DNA of 62,891 bases, filler included, from Reclinomonas americana ATCC 50394 (lineage: Eukaryota), in the NCBI GenBank assembly GCA_048213135.1. It is 5 parts of 3 records of this genome, joined end to end, with 100 filler letters (N's around TTAATTAATTAA, not from the genome) between each part and the next. Parts side by side here need not be neighbours in the genome. Positions count along the whole stretch, not along the records: positions 43,595 to 53,205 come from PS015443.1; positions 53,306 to 62,891 come from PS015445.1; 3 more parts are not named here. One strand, written 5' to 3'. Of the stretch, positions 49,278 through 62,891 are shown piece by piece. Every line of letters begins with the position of its first letter. The stretch's first letter is position 1. The translations under genes were made by a program, and so were the position numbers. The notes beneath the pieces were generated by a model that worked only from the letters and a program-made list of their open reading frames with translations, was not told the DNA's origin and did no database searches.

Positions 49278-52200
49278 ATGAAGCGGAGGCGACGATCGCG
49301 TTCTGCGACCAACGACGGCGATGGCGAGGATGATGATGGCGATGCGCCTCCTCCACCTCCGCCTCCTCCAGCAATGATGCAGGTGGATGATGCCAATGAC
49401 GCGGATGAGGAGGATGAGGACGATGACAATGACGACTCCAAGGCGGCGGCGGCGATGACGACGACGACGACGACGACGACGCGGTTGAGAGCGTTGACGC
49501 AGGAGCTGTTGAGCAGTGGCAAGGCGGTGACAATGGCGGCGCAGAGTGCGCTGTCGGTGGTGGGGGGCGCGGCAAAGGGTGGTGGTGAGGAGGATCCAGT
49601 CGAGGCGTTTGCGTACAGGATGGCGCGCAATAAGCATGGCTTTGCGCGGGTGGCGGAGGCGAGCGCGGCGCGCATTGTAAAGTGCGTTTGTGGTGTTGTG
49701 TGTGTGTGTGTTTGTAGATGTGCATCTGCACGTCCGACACCCCACTCTCTCTTCTCTTCCTCGCACACTCTCGCTCACCCGAGCACGCGTACACACATAG
49801 TATCGAGTGTGCTCTCCTTCTCGTACCTCCCTCTTCTCTTTGTATGCATGTTCGATTGAGTCCTCGCTCTCTCTCTCACACACTCGCTCTCTCTCCCACA
49901 CCCGCACGCACAGGATACTGAGCAAGCTGCATGGAACCTACGTGGGCGGGCGTGCACCGGCCACGCAGGCCGAGTGGACCGACAATATGGAGCCCGTGGT
50001 TGACTTGCTCGACAATTTGTACGAGATTGTAGTTGCGTGGTCGAACATCACAGCCACCATCAGCTGTCGCAGTCCACTCACGTTGTGTGGCGTCGTGCAG
50101 GACACGGCGTTGGATGAGGCGCAAGGGAAGCGCAAGACCGGCAAGGGTGAGAAAGCGACGTCGGCTGCCTCGTCGACGACCACCTCACAGAAGAAGAAGC
50201 TGGGCATGGACGACCTGCGTCGCCCGGTTCTGCTGCGGCCGCAGCTGCGATGGGGCGACGTTGACAACGCCATGACGCTGTTCGCACCGAAACTCAAGAC
50301 CAAGCCGAATGCGTTGTTGTCGCTGGAGGAGACGTACGCGCAGGGCGGAGTGACCGACACACCTGACGGTCCCGCACCCGCTGCGCTGGCCAGTGTGGAG
50401 GAGTATGCGCGATCGCTTGGTGCTGTGTCGTCAGCATCGTCCGCGTCGGCGTCTCCAATGGTGGCGGGCGGGCGGAGACAGTGCGTCTCGCTGTTGCTTC
50501 TTCTGTTTATTGGTTTTTCGCACGCGAGTTGCTGAGTCGTCTTGTCGCTGTGCAGATTCCCGCACCCGTACGGACCAGAGCTGAAAGCGCTCGACTTCAC
50601 CGACGAGAGGCATCTGACTGCCACCCGTGAGCAACTGTTCCGCAAGGTCGAGGAGACCGAGTGCCAGTGGGTGTCCACGCGAGATGAGCTCGAAACCATG
50701 GCCGCAATATTGGATGGGGAGAGCGAGATCGCCATTGACTTGGAGGTTTGTAATGTCCATGAAGTCTCTCTCATGGTCGCATGTCGAATGTGCTCATCGC
50801 CTTGGTCTCTACAGCACCACAATTTCCGCTCCTTCACCGGTTTCCTGTGCCTCATGCAAGTCTCCACGCGGACGCAAGACTTTTTGGTGGACACGCTCGA
50901 GCTGCGCGAAGACTTGCACATTCTCAACTCGTCGTTCACAAACCCCAACATCGTCAAGGTGTGTAGCGCTTCTGTATTGAAGGCATGGTGGCAGTCATCA
51001 TTGTGCTCACATGCCAGCGTGTGGATCAGGTGCTGCACGGTGCACAGTCCGACGTGATCTGGCTGCAGCGCGATCTGGGCCTGTACCTTGTCAACATGTT
51101 TGACACGGGCCAGGCAGCTCGTATTCTCGGTGAGTCCCTCGCACGAGGAGTGCGTGCGCAGAGCTCACTGTTGGCTGACGCACTTGTGGCATGCAGAGTT
51201 TCCGAGTTTCGGCCTCGCCTTCCTGCTGAGTCACTACTGCGGTGTCGTGGCCAACAAGAAGTATCAGAAGGCCGACTGGAGAATACGGTGCGATTTTTCG
51301 TGTGTGAGACTGTGCATTGACCCACATCACATCACTCTTATTCTTTGCGTTGAAACAATGACAGACCGCTGCCGCAAGAAATGATTCGCTACGCCCGCGA
51401 GGACACGCACTATCTGCTGTATGTGTACGACCGCTTGCGTGCGTCGCTGGCGCAACAGGGCCAGCAGCGCGGTATGGGCGCGGAGCTGTTGCGCCAAGTG
51501 TGGATCAAGTCGCGAGACATTTGCCTGCAAACATTCCAGCCCGACATCTTCACCGAGGACTCGTACATGAACCTGCTCGAGAAGCTCGGTGGTCGTCGAC
51601 TGCGACAGGAGCAAATCAACATCTTCCGAGCACTGTTCAAGTGGCGCGACTTTGTCGCTCGCTTGGAGGACGAGTCAACGAGCTACGTGCTGCCGAATCT
51701 GTTGCTCATGCGGATAGCCGAGGAGGTACCGCATGACGTGGACCGATTGTGTGCCGTGGCCAAGCCCATTCCTCCGCTGCTGCAACGCTACAAGCATGTT
51801 GTGATGCAAATCATACAACAGGCACTGCAAGAGAACGTTGCGTGGCGACGTGCTTGTGTGTGCGAGTGTCACGCGTGATGTCGTGCTGACCGAGGATGTA
51901 CGCAGTTTGACTTTGCGGATCAGTTCGAGGCCATTCGCTCGATGAGCCATGGTACAGCTCGATTTGCATTCAATTTCTTTCTCGTTGTGTCTGACTGTTT
52001 GTTTCTGCAGGCGACAAGGCCAGTGGTGCGGGTGCAGGATCGTCTGCTGGTGCCACGGCGACGACGACAACCACCACCACAACAACAACAACAGCGACAG
52101 CAGCCGCCAGTGCACCATTGTCGGCATCGGCTGGATCTGCTGCTGCAGTGGTAGGTGGAGCTCGTAATGGATCACGAGCGCGCACTGCCGCGGCATCCAT

Positions 52201-53205
52201 GGCGGTGGATGAGCCATCGTCTCGCTCTGGTTCGTGCTTTTGTGATACATTTCCCACCACTGTACCGCTGCCAGTGTCGCTCACGCACCTGCAAACAGAG
52301 TATGAGAGATATGCCAGTCAGGTGCACGAAGACGACGAAGGTGGGCGACTTCTCTTGCCTTGTGCATTTCATCGGCGCCGCTGACCTCCATCTCTGCACA
52401 GACGAAGAAATGGAGACCGACAAGTATCCATTTGAGCCGATCGAGTCGGCGTCGCGTGGCAAGGCGAGTTGTTGTTGGTCTCGTTGACCGTCGTTGATTG
52501 CATAAGCTGATCTATCGTAGTCGCTGCGTCAGGCGCCGGGAATCATTGTGCGCACCACCGCCAGCAGTTCGTACTTTTCGTCACCGAATGCAGTCTACAT
52601 GTTCCAGGTGCGTCTCTCTGCATTGTTTCCCCCCTTCCTCTTATCTCGAGTGCACCACCTCACTGTGTTTCATTGCAGCAGCGACAGGGCATGGGATTGC
52701 TGCCGTCGGCGAACAAGCCGAGCGCCAAGGCGATTGCTTCATCGATTGCCGATGCTTTCTCGCTGCCGTCCTTCTCGCTTCTGGATGTGCGTGTGTTTTA
52801 TCTTGCTGCTGATGTCATTTCGCACATGCACCGCTCACTGTGCTGCCACCACACTCAGCCACGACCATCGAGTGGCGGAGCTGGTGGCTCAGCTGCCTCG
52901 AATGCAGTCACCGGTGCCGGTTCACGGCAACAGGCATTTATCGGCAAAGCATCTGCGGCAGCACCAATGGAGATGAGTGACGATGAGGAGGACGACGCTT
53001 CCGACGAGGCGCAGTCGCGCAACATTGAGGTACCGACGCCCTCCGAGGACAGCGTTCCGCAATCGCTGTCGGAGATTTTCAAACTCAGGTTCGCCCCACA
53101 CACATCATCATCATCTTCCATTGCCAGGTGTGTTGTTCGCTGCGCACTCATCAGTGCACGCACATCTGCAGCAAGAAGAACCGTCGGCGGAACCGCGAGC
53201 GCAAG
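49278..53205 (+). CDS. RRP6: Exosome 3'-5' exonuclease RRP6/EXOSC10 (3' end truncated)
   Basis: PMC2NT-like [106 protein letters not shown]. Confidence 0.95.
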
Positions 53206-54301
53206 NNNNNNNNNNNNNNNNNNNNNNNNNNNNNNNNNNNNNNNNNNNNTTAATTAATTAANNNNNNNNNNNNNNNNNNNNNNNNNNNNNNNNNNNNNNN
53301 NNNNNGGTCAGTTCAAAATGCATCTCGAGAATTTTCGACACGTGCCAGCAAAACCCATTTTTTTCGCGCCTCACTGGTCGCCCGTCGACGTGGCGCAGTG
53401 CATAATGTGCGCCACATGGCGGTGAAGCTGGCAAGCTGTCACGAAGACGATGCGACCGATCTGTTGTTGAGAAAAAATCGGGACACTGTCCAGCAAATCG
53501 TCTGAAAACGGACAGAAATCTTCCGTTTCACTCGCGCAGCTCCCGCTGATTGTCACCAGTGGACAGACTGGACCTCAGTTTGAAGCGCAGGAGCTGGTGA
53601 ACGAGATGACATGCGGCCTGCCGCCAGCTAGCCAGCAGAACTTGAGAAACATGTGACGCACTCAACGGTCGTCCGTAACCGAAAAAAACGCGTGCCATCG
53701 TCTGCGTGTGTGAGAGAGTCTCCCTGATGCCTGTCGTTGGCGAGAAGGCTGTGGCGAGAGCCGTCATCGTCTATCTGACTGATACCCCGAAGAGCGGGTG
53801 GAAAACGATCGCAAGGCGGCGCAGCGTCAACATTTCCACGAAACGAGCGATTTCGAGATTTTCTTCGACTCAAGCACGATCTGTTGGACTGCTTTTCTTG
53901 GCCCAGGTTCATTTTTTTCGTCTTCTCGACGCAGGAGTGTGATCTTCGCGAGATGCGGATTCCGAATACACCCGTATACACCCGGTGCACAGGCACTCGT
54001 TCAGGAGCTGCGGGTCACGCAAGATTGGGTGTCAAAAATCGACCATTTTTTGGCTGCTTTGGTCGTCCAACGGTCATTATTTTTCTCATTGCCTGTGCAT
54101 TTTTGCTGCGCCGCTTCGCCGCCACTTTGTAGTGCAGCAAGTAAGGTACCATAATACACCCCATCACACCCCCCAGAAGAGACCGGAATGGGGTGAAAAA
54201 AGCGGTCGCGAGCTGAAAACCCGCGAAAAGGGTGTATTTTCCGCTCCGACATTGCGCTGCGAACACACATTGTATTGGCACAAGCGGCTCCAGACACTCT
54301 C

Positions 54302-57300
54302 ATGAGCCACGACGACGGCTTCGAGGACCCCTGTGCACTACAAGAGGATCGCAGACCTAGTCTACAGGTGCCTTGACACACGCACACACACACACTCTCT
54401 CTTTCTCTGCTCCTCGGAGGAATTCTGTTTGTTGAGCTCACACACACATTGACATAGGTCTGTGTGGGCTCCGTGCCGCAAGCCTCTCCCGTCACCACAC
54501 ACTTTGTGTCACGCGAGGAGGAGGAGGAGGAGGCACACGAGAAGACGATGATACCTGCTCATCCGCCAGTCATTGATCATCAGCCTGACAGCGACGATGA
54601 TGATGCGGAAGAGGAGGAAGATGATGAGGNNNNNNNNNNNNNNNNNNNNNNNNNNNNNNNNNNNNNNNNNNNNNNNNNNNNNNNNNNNNNNNNNNNNNNN
54701 NNNNNNNNNNNNNNNNNNNNNNNNNNNNNNNNNNNNNNNNNNNNNNNNNNNNNNNNNNNNNNNNNNNNNNNNNNNNNNNNNNNNNNNNNNNNNNNNNNNN
54801 NNNNNNNNNNNNNNNNNNNNNNNNNNNNNNNNNNNNNNNNNNNNNNNNNNNNNNNNNNNNNNNNNNNNNNNNNNNNNNNNNNNNNNNNNNNNNNNNNNNN
54901 NNNNNNNNNNNNNNNNNNNNNNNNNNNNNNNNNNNNNNNNNNNNNNNNNNNNNNNNNNNNNNNNNNNNNNNNNNNNNNNNNNNNNNNNNNGGCTGGAGAT
55001 GCTGTCGGATGGAACGCTGCACTTTTACCGAAGTCCCGACAAGCAAGTGTGCACTGGTTGGTCGTTCTGCTGCTGCTGCGCACGCCAGTCTCTGCTCGCG
55101 TCACCCTCATTCCTCCCCCCTTTCCAGCCACCATGCACCTCCGCGACATGGTGCTGTTCCCTGCAGGCAACAAGCCGCACCTTATCAAATTCCGCCACAA
55201 GCAGGGCGAGCAGGAGAGTCGGAGTAAGCGGCTGACTTTTGATCGGCAGGAGGACCTGGATCAGTGGCGTGAGGCACTCGCTCACACCAAGCAATTGTGC
55301 GCGTGAGCGTTGTTGTCGGTGCCTAATTTGTGTCGTCGCTGACATGACCCTTGACACCACAGAGTGGACACGGGTGATCCGCCATCGCTGCGCATGATGC
55401 GCGTGTCGGACGGGCACCTGTCGGTCTCCGTGTGGTCCGCACAAAACCTCAAATCGTGCGCTCGCCGGCCGTATGTGGTGCTCGCCTACGGTGGTCTCCA
55501 GAAGCACACGGATACCAGCGAGGGTGTGTCGCCGCAGTGGCGCGAGGAGTTTGATTTGTTGCGTTTTTGTGTGCGANNNNNNNNNNNNNNNNNNNNNNNN
55601 NNNNNNNNNNNNNNNNNNNNNNNNNNNNNNNNNNNNNNNNNNNNNNNNNNNNNNNNNNNNNNNNNNNNNNNNNNNNNNNNNNNNNNNNNNNNNNNNNNNN
55701 NNNNNNNNNNNNNNNNNNNNNNNNNNNNNNNNNNNNNNNNNNNNNNNNNNNNNNNNNNNNNNNNNNNNNNNNNNNNNNNNNNNNNNNNNNNNNNNNNNNN
55801 NNNNNNNNNNNNNNNNNNNNNNNNNNNNNNNNNNNNNNNNNNNNNNNNNNNNNNNNNNNNNNNNNNNNNNNNNNNNNNNNNNNNNNNNNNNNNNNNNNNN
55901 NNNNNNNNNNNNNNNNNNNNNNNNNNNNNNNNNNNNNNNNNNNNNNNNNNNNNNNNNNNNNNNNNNNNNNNNNNNNNNNNNNNNNNNNNNNNNNNNNNNN
56001 NNNNNNNNNNNNNNNNNNNNNNNNNNNNNNNNNNNNNNNNNNNNNNNNNNNNNNNNNNNNNNNNNNNNNNNNNNNNNNNNNNNNNNNNNNNNNNNNNNNN
56101 NNNNNNNNNNNNNNNNNNNNNNNNNNNNNNNNNNNNNNNNNNNNNNNNNNNNNNNNNNNNNNNNNNNNNNNNNNNNNNNNNNNNNNNNNNNNNNNNNNNN
56201 NNNNNNNNNNNNNNNNNNNNNNNNNNNNNNNNNNNNNNNNNNNNNNNNNNNNNNNNNNNNNNNNNNNNNNNNNNNNNNNNNNNNNNNNNNNNNNNNNNNN
56301 NNNNNNNNNNNNNNNNNNNNNNNNNNNNNNNNNNNNNNNNNNNNNNNNNNNNNNNNNNNNNNNNNNNNNNNNNNNNNNNNNNNNNNNNNNNNNNNNNNNN
56401 NNNNNNNNNNNNNNNNNNNNNNNNNNNNNNNNNNNNNNNNNNNNNNNNNNNNNNNNNNNNNNNNNNNNNNNNNNNNNNNNNNNNNNNNNNNNNNNNNNNN
56501 NNNNNNNNNNNNNNNNNNNNNNNNNNNNNNNNNNNNNNNNNNNNNNNNNNNNNNNNNNNNNNNNNGGGAGAAGAGTGGTGCGTCGTCGCTGACACGCTGT
56601 GCATGCAGTCCGGTGTCGGTGTTGCCAGCAGAGTTGCACGTGACGGTGTGGGACGCGGTGAAACCACTGCAAGAGAATCACGTCTTTCTCGGGTACACGC
56701 GGTACAATGTTGCCGAGTTGCTCGAGAATCCTGGTGCACAAGCGCGGCAGTTCCCGCTGGGCACCAGCAAGCCGCGCGACAGTGCTGTCGGGACCCTCTC
56801 CCTCAGTCTGACGCTGAATTTTGCACATGTGAGTCCTCCTTTTGTTCTCGTTTGGTGCATTTGCTGACCTGATTGTGTGCACAGTTGTACACTACGCCCG
56901 TGCCGGAGACGTCGTTCTTTGGCAGTCCTCTCGCGCGAGTCATGCAGCGCTCCGACCACACACGACACTCGTTGCCGGTACCCTTGAAGCGCGCCCTGCT
57001 GTGCATCCGTTCACAAGGTGCGCGCAACAGCTGTGTGGCCGCGTGAGTTGATGGTTGAGCTGAACAGAGTTGTATCCGACTCGGCAGGGTTGAATTTCGA
57101 TGGCGTCTTCCGTGTCAGTGGCCTCCGCTCTCGTCTCGACACACTAAAGATGCGATTCGATCGCGGCGAGGACATCCACCTGCTCAGCCAGTCGGAGGTC
57201 GACATTCCCACCGTGGCCAGTCTCATCAAGCTGTACTTCCGCGAGCTGCCAGAACCGATCGTGACATTCGATCAGTATCGCAAGGCGGTGCACATTGGTG

Positions 57301-58817
57301 GTGCGTCTCCTTCTCTCCTTTCTGTGCATTCGCTGTGCATTCGTGGACTCACGCGCGCGCGCGCGGGCGGACTGATGCAGAGCTTCCGGAGCACACGGAT
57401 GCGGCGACGATTGTTGGTGTTCTGCGAGAGTTGATCCACTCATTACCACCCATCAACATTCACCTGCTGCGCTGCACCTGTGCGCTGATGATGGAGGTGG
57501 CCGAGCACAGTGCGACAAATCGCATGCCACTCCAAAACCTCTCGATTGGTGCGTATCGCTGCGATAAAAGTCAGCACTCTCTCTCTCCCCTCTGCTCACA
57601 CACCGCACCGGGGACAGTGTTCGGGCCGGCTTTTTGCCGCAGCATGAGTGACTCACTGGAGACGGCACTCAGCGACACGAATTCCGCCAACCGGTGTGTG
57701 GCGCTGATTTTGCGACACTTTTCCGACCTGTTTGGCGTTGCGTTTTCATCTGCTCGTGTATGAAACGAGGAGCGCAATCGCTGACTTGACTGCGCATTGA
57801 CAGGACCACCGCTCCATTCTCGACATGATTGCCGGTGGTGAGTTTGGTGACTAGCTTCATTGAGTTCGCATCCAACTCACTTGCCGCTTCACAGAACCGG
57901 ACGATCCCATTGTGCCACAGCGACCACCACCAGCCGACCAGGACCTGTCGTTGTGGAACGTGCCTGTGTCCTCGTTCTCGTTGCTGCCACTGCCCGGAAT
58001 GCCGCGTGTGGAATCGGAACCGGCGCCGGTGGCGGCAGAGCCCTCACCAGTTCAGGCAGTGGTGGATGTCGACGTGCACCACGACGACGATGCAGCAGTA
58101 GCAGTAGCTGCGGCGCCACCACCTGACGACTCTTCCAGCGACCATGCACTCCATGAGCCGGCTCCAGTGCCTGTGGATGATGATGTTGACGACAAAGGCG
58201 ACGTCGATGATGCAGGTGGCGCAGACGATGTAGACCACGCCGCAGCGGGTGAGGCAGGCGACGAAATCATTGACGACGACGGCGAGAATGGCGATGGTGC
58301 ATGGACGGACTCGGGCAGCGAATCCGAGTCGTCGCCGTCGCCGCCACCACCGCCGCCAGCCGATGACGATGCCGTCAGCGACGATGATGCCTACGGTCGT
58401 GGTGCTGTTGACGAAAACGTAGAGCCGGCCGCTGCCGTTGGCGACAGCGAGTCATCGACTGCAGCGGCGGACGAGCCGGCAGCTGTGGTGGACGACGAAA
58501 GAAGGCCCGAGTCGATGGGCAGCCTGACGGCGGAGCTTGGCTCCGCGGGTGATCTCCTCGATGCCGCCGGTGCCTTCTCGCCCGTGTCTTCCGGATCTCC
58601 GTCATCGTCGCCATCGTCGTCGGCAAGTGGTGGCGGTCGCGAACGTGCGCCCACCGACATGCTGTCGATTCGAGCACGAACAATGGCCGCCGCCTTCCGT
58701 TCCGGTAGTGTTCCCGGTGCCACCATCGCCGCCATGTTTGCTTCCACCCTTGTCACATCCCCCAAGAACGTCGACGGCGACGACGAGGAGGATGAGAAGA
58801 AGAAGAAGAAACCATAA
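54302..58817 (+). CDS. RhoGAP with PH and C2 domains and an acidic low-complexity tail (two gaps)
   Basis: PH GTLHFY...DLDQWREAL; C2 LSVSVWSAQNL..RPYVVL...SPQWREEF...LHVTVWD; GAP FFGSPL, GLNFDGVFRVSG, VASLIKLYFRELPEP, NRMPLQNLSIVFGP. Confidence 0.9.
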
Positions 58818-58898
58818 AAACGTCGACCCCATCTTCGTCCTGCATCTCATCCATCGATCTTCTTGTTGTTGTGTTGTTGAGCACGAGTAGAGAAAGCC

Positions 58899-59773
58899 AT
58901 GTTCTACTTGGTGAGTCTGTCTCTGCCTCCACAGCACGCCAGTCGCACACCACGACGAGCTCACCTTGATCGCACACACAGCTCAAGCTGAAGAGGCGCA
59001 TTCAGTTGCAACCAAAGGAACTTGGTCGCGAGATCGCCGACAAGATCAGACGAGCACTCATTCGCGAGGTTCGTGAGAGAGAGAAAACACACGCACGCAT
59101 GTCGAGTTGAATTTCGATCTCTCTGCAGGTGGAAGGCACATGTGACCAGAATGGATACATCATTGCGTTGCTGGAGATCACACACACGGGTGCCGGCAAG
59201 ATCGACGAGCTCTCCGGTGCGGTGTCTTTCCAAGTCGAGTATCAGGCGCTCATCTTCAGACCCGAGAAGGGTGAAGTGTGCGACGGCGTGTGTCTGTCTG
59301 TGTCACAGGTGCGGTGTCTCGCCGCCCTTCCTTTCTCCCCCCCTCACGCGCGTGTGCTCATCTTCTGAGTCACCACACGCGCACACAGCATGCCATCATC
59401 GTGCAGGTCGGGCCTGCGCAGGTGTTGGTGCCGCCGCAAGTTGTGGATTGACATTGATCGACTCCTTTTCGTGTCTGTGGCCTGCTGACGCACTTCCTTC
59501 TCTCTCTTTCTCTGTTCCCCACAGATGATTCCCGAGGAGATGAAGTTTGACAACTCGCAGACGCCCATGTTTGCCAACGAGGATCGCTCACTGAAGATCA
59601 CACGCGGCACCGAGCTGCGCATTCAGATTTTCGGCACCAAGTTCATGGGCACTAGCATTGTTGCGTGTCGACTGTCAGGTTGTGCTTTGTGTTTTCGGGG
59701 GCTGATGCAGGCTGTCCATGCGCAGAACGCACTGGGATCCATTCAGGGTGACTACTTGGGTCCAATCGGGTGA
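58899..59773 (+). CDS. RPB7: RNA polymerase II subunit RPB7
   Basis: Exons 58899-58910, 58982-59068, 59129-59308, 59389-59439, 59525-59659 and 59726-59773 give 170 aa: VEGTC..NGYII, FRPEKGEV.DG, GP, ALGSIQGDYLG. Confidence 0.93.
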
Positions 59774-59834
59774 GGTGTGGGAGGGGAGCAGCGAGAGCAG
59801 CACGAGAGGCAATGTACACTCGCGTGGCTTGTCG

Positions 59835-61954
59835 TTATCCGTCAATCAGCTGCTCGATTCTTCGCTCTCGTGCCGCCATGTCTTTTCTCTTGTCGACATC
59901 TCGGAAGTATCTTTCCGTCACGTGTTCCACAGCCGAGGTGAATACCCGTGCCGCATTCTGTCGCAGCTGCTGTCGCGGGGAGAGGTGAGTTGGCGACTGC
60001 GACAGTGGCGGTGGCGACGCCGTGTCTGGGCGATGCGGTGCCTCGGTGGCGTCGCCCGAGTTCTCCTGCGCCTGGAGGTGCGTCCACACCTCGAGGAGCT
60101 GCCGCTCCGACTCTTTCAGCGCCACATCCACCAGTACGGGCTGAGGAACGAGCAATTCTGCGCGGACGGGGCAATGAGTAATGGGTGCGCCGCAGTGACG
60201 GATATCACACGCTGACCAACCCGCAGCACTCGGCCAGTGTGTGGACATGCGCGGTGAGAGGCGAGGAGACGCCCGATGGGTGCGTGGCGAGTGGGGAGAG
60301 CGTGGAGACTGCGGGGCACGCGCGGACATGGGTTGCGGCGCCGACTCCAAGCGAGCCGACACCAACTCAGCATTTTCCTGCAAAGCAAACAAACTGTGAG
60401 CTGAGAAAAGCAAACAAGAAGCGATCGAAAGCAGAGCCGACCTTGACTTTGACGACCGCGGCCAAGTTCTCCAGCGACTCGCGTTGCTCAACCGACTGCG
60501 GCCGGCTGTCGTCGTCACTCAGCTTGTGCACCGTCGTGAGCGTCTGTCGCTCAATGCCCACTTGCAGAGCCTCGAGCTTGGAGCGCAAATGTGCCGACCA
60601 CTGTGACGCAACCGCAGCAGCAGCAGTATGGGAGTGTGAGTGAGTGCACGAACGGTGACGAGTTCTTCACAAAAGAGGATGCGCACGTTTTGCGGGAGTG
60701 CCGCGTCTGGTCCTCCCACTGCACCCGCCGGTCCGAGCAATCGCAGATTGGTGGCACCTGGCGGAGGCGTTGGTACGGGCGTGGTGGCTGCCGACTGTGG
60801 CAAGCGTCAGAAGCCGCGATGGACGTGAGCAGAGTGAGAGACGCACGCACGCAACTGCACGCTGTGCTCGTGCACTATTCAGTCGACTGGCAGGCACCGA
60901 CGGCAGCGACGGCGTGAGCGACATGGCCGACAGGGAGCCGGAGGGGTGGGGAGGTTCGTTTCCAGTGGCGTTGGCAGCTGTGCATGCGCGTCAGTCGTTG
61001 TGTGTTTCCCAACCGCTCGCGAAAGCAGAAACTCACCTCCAGTGTCGCCCCCTGGCTGCGCCGCATCGCCACCGGCAGAGTCGACCAGTGCCGGGCTCGG
61101 CTGCTCACGCGAGCGCACCTCTGGCGGAATTCTGCATCGCCCCCCACTGATCAGTCTCATGGCCAACAACAAGTAAAGCGAACGAGCAACGCACAATGTC
61201 GGCATGGTCAGCGGCACCTTTGCAGGCGACTTGGGTCTCTTTCTCGGCGTAATCACTGCCACGGAGGCGACAAGAGTGAGCAGCACTGCTCAAACACAAC
61301 ACACACTCACAGAGAGAAGAGAGTGCGCATCGCAACTCTCACGCTCCTGATCGCGATACATCATGTCGGCCGCAGCCTCGGCCAGCAACGTATTGCGTGG
61401 CTCCAGCTCCGACGCACGCGCAAAGCACCGGTGTGCCTCGCGGTACTGATACGACCGAGCATACGCCTGTGTGCACAGAGTGAGGGGAAAGGAGTGATTG
61501 CGTGATCAGTGTGTCACACGAGTGTGCTGACCTCGCCTCCCAACACCCAGCCCTCCACATCGTACGGAAGCAGACGCATCATGTTCTCGGCATCGAGACG
61601 CGCCGAACCCGACAGGCCCAGCTTGAGATACGAACGTGCCCTCAGGCTCAACAGAAAACCATCAGCGGGCTCCACCACCAAACCCTGTCATCATCAAATG
61701 GCGAATGCGTGTGTGTGTGTGTGTGAGAAAGAGAGAGAGGTAGAGGAGAATGCGTGTGAGAGAGTGGCACCTTGGTGGCGAGGTCGGCCGCCTGTTGGTA
61801 CTGCCCGCGCTCAAACAAATCAATGGCGCGTTGCGACAGCTGCTCGTGCTCACTGGCCGCTTTCCTGTAAACACCAGCCAGTCAAGTCACTCACTCACTC
61901 ACTACGCCACACTCTCTCTTTCACACACAGGCACACGGACCTGCGCGAGGCCAT
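59835..61954 (-). CDS. TPR-domain protein with low-complexity/coiled C-terminal part
   Basis: AIDLFERGQYQQAADLATKGLVVEP....LSLRARSYLKLG...ARLDAENMMRLLP, YREAHRCFARASELEPRN. Exons stay in phase to IEQLIDG*. Confidence 0.75.
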
Positions 61955-62652
61955 TGTCGTGACTTTTCTCGACCGACGATGGAAAGAAAATCACACTGGC
62001 TCTCCTCTTGTCTGTCTGTCCCCCCTCTCTTTTGTTGCTAGAGGTTGTTTTCGTGGCACGCCGAGGTTGTGTGGTCGGTGTTAGAGTGGACTCGAGTACA
62101 CCTCCTCTGCACGTGTGCGCCTTGCGACCTTTTCCCTCGCCAACACAGCAAGCAGCGGATCCACTCAGCTCTCTCTCACTCCCTCAAGCACTCTCTTTTT
62201 TTCCATGGGCAGTCCAGCGTTGCGTACCCCTCGCCTGCTCTCTCTGTTTGCCTGTATCTCTCGCCACCTGCATGTGCCACACGCAAGCAGAAGGGCATCC
62301 CTCTTTGTGTGCTTGTTTTTTTTTTGTACCCGCTCTTTCCCCCCCACTCTTCACTTGTTCCTCCTCTTCCTCTCGTCTGAAGCGCCGCTGTTCCGCGCCA
62401 GTGTGTGGGTTCCTGTCAGTAGAGCACTTCAGTGCATATGCGGGGTGTGTGTGAGGGAGCGGCAGAGAGGCGCTGGCCATGCCCATCGCCCCAAGCCAAA
62501 GAGCACGCACGCGCGCGCGCGCAAAATTTCTGTCATCACTCGTGCTGCCTTTTCTCTTTTCCTCCTCCTCCTCCTCTGCTGCTGCTCTTGGGTGTTGTTG
62601 GTGTGCACGTGACGTGTTGCTCATCGTGTGGCTGCATGTGTGCGAAACACAG

Positions 62653-62769
62653 TCCGGAGACGTGGTGTGGCCAGGCGGAGGCCGTCCTCCGACAGATTGG
62701 AGAGCCGCTCTCCGTGACGCTCCTCTACGAGAAGATTGCCGAGCGGGGCGTGATGAAGACGAAAGCACG
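62653..62769 (+). CDS. Exon encoding a HARE-HTH (ASXL-type winged helix)-like domain; gene runs out of the window
   Basis: TWCGQAEAVLRQIGEPLSVTLLYEKIAERGV.KTK, flanked by a CAG acceptor and a GTGAGT donor. Confidence 0.6.
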
Positions 62770-62891
62770 GTGAGTGGGTGGAGTCACGCAGACACGCAGA
62801 CACACGCACATGCACACGCAGAGTAGACTGCTTGCATGTTTTGCAGAGTGTGTGATGTCAGCCGCCATGATTGTGTGTGCATGGTGTGTGT

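Overview
Eukaryotic, GC-rich, intron-dense nuclear DNA from an unidentified protist. It is probably flagellated (AK7, NEK) and has peroxisomes (PEX4). The window joins five scaffolds (about 1-12944, 13045-20724, 20825-43494, 43594-53205, 53306-62891) with an artificial N-TTAATTAATTAA-N linker, and has many internal N gaps. I reconstructed about 23 spliced genes or gene fragments by hand: a secreted PTP-like protein, a NEK kinase, WDR13, a bacterial-type enoyl-CoA hydratase, DCAF17-like, TBC1D15/17-like, CBM48-like plus RING/B-box/coiled-coil, MED12-like, BLOC1S1, an LRR protein, ZCCHC10-like, a STAND-NTPase/TPR/PH NLR-like protein, PEX4, an R2R3 Myb, GH27, AK7 (in three scrambled pieces), RRP6, a PH-C2-RhoGAP, RPB7, a TPR protein, a HARE-HTH protein and some hypothetical proteins. 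There is also a non-LTR retrotransposon remnant. Most introns are about 55-90 nt and intergenic spacers are often under 100 bp. The main discovery candidate is a second, frequent class of 5' splice site. About 30 donors read GTTGCG(T), GTTACGT or GTTGAGT, which is the normal donor (GTGCGT, GTACGT, GTGAGT) shifted by one base so the conserved G sits at +6. None of them follows an exonic G. All gene models are manual and lack transcript support.
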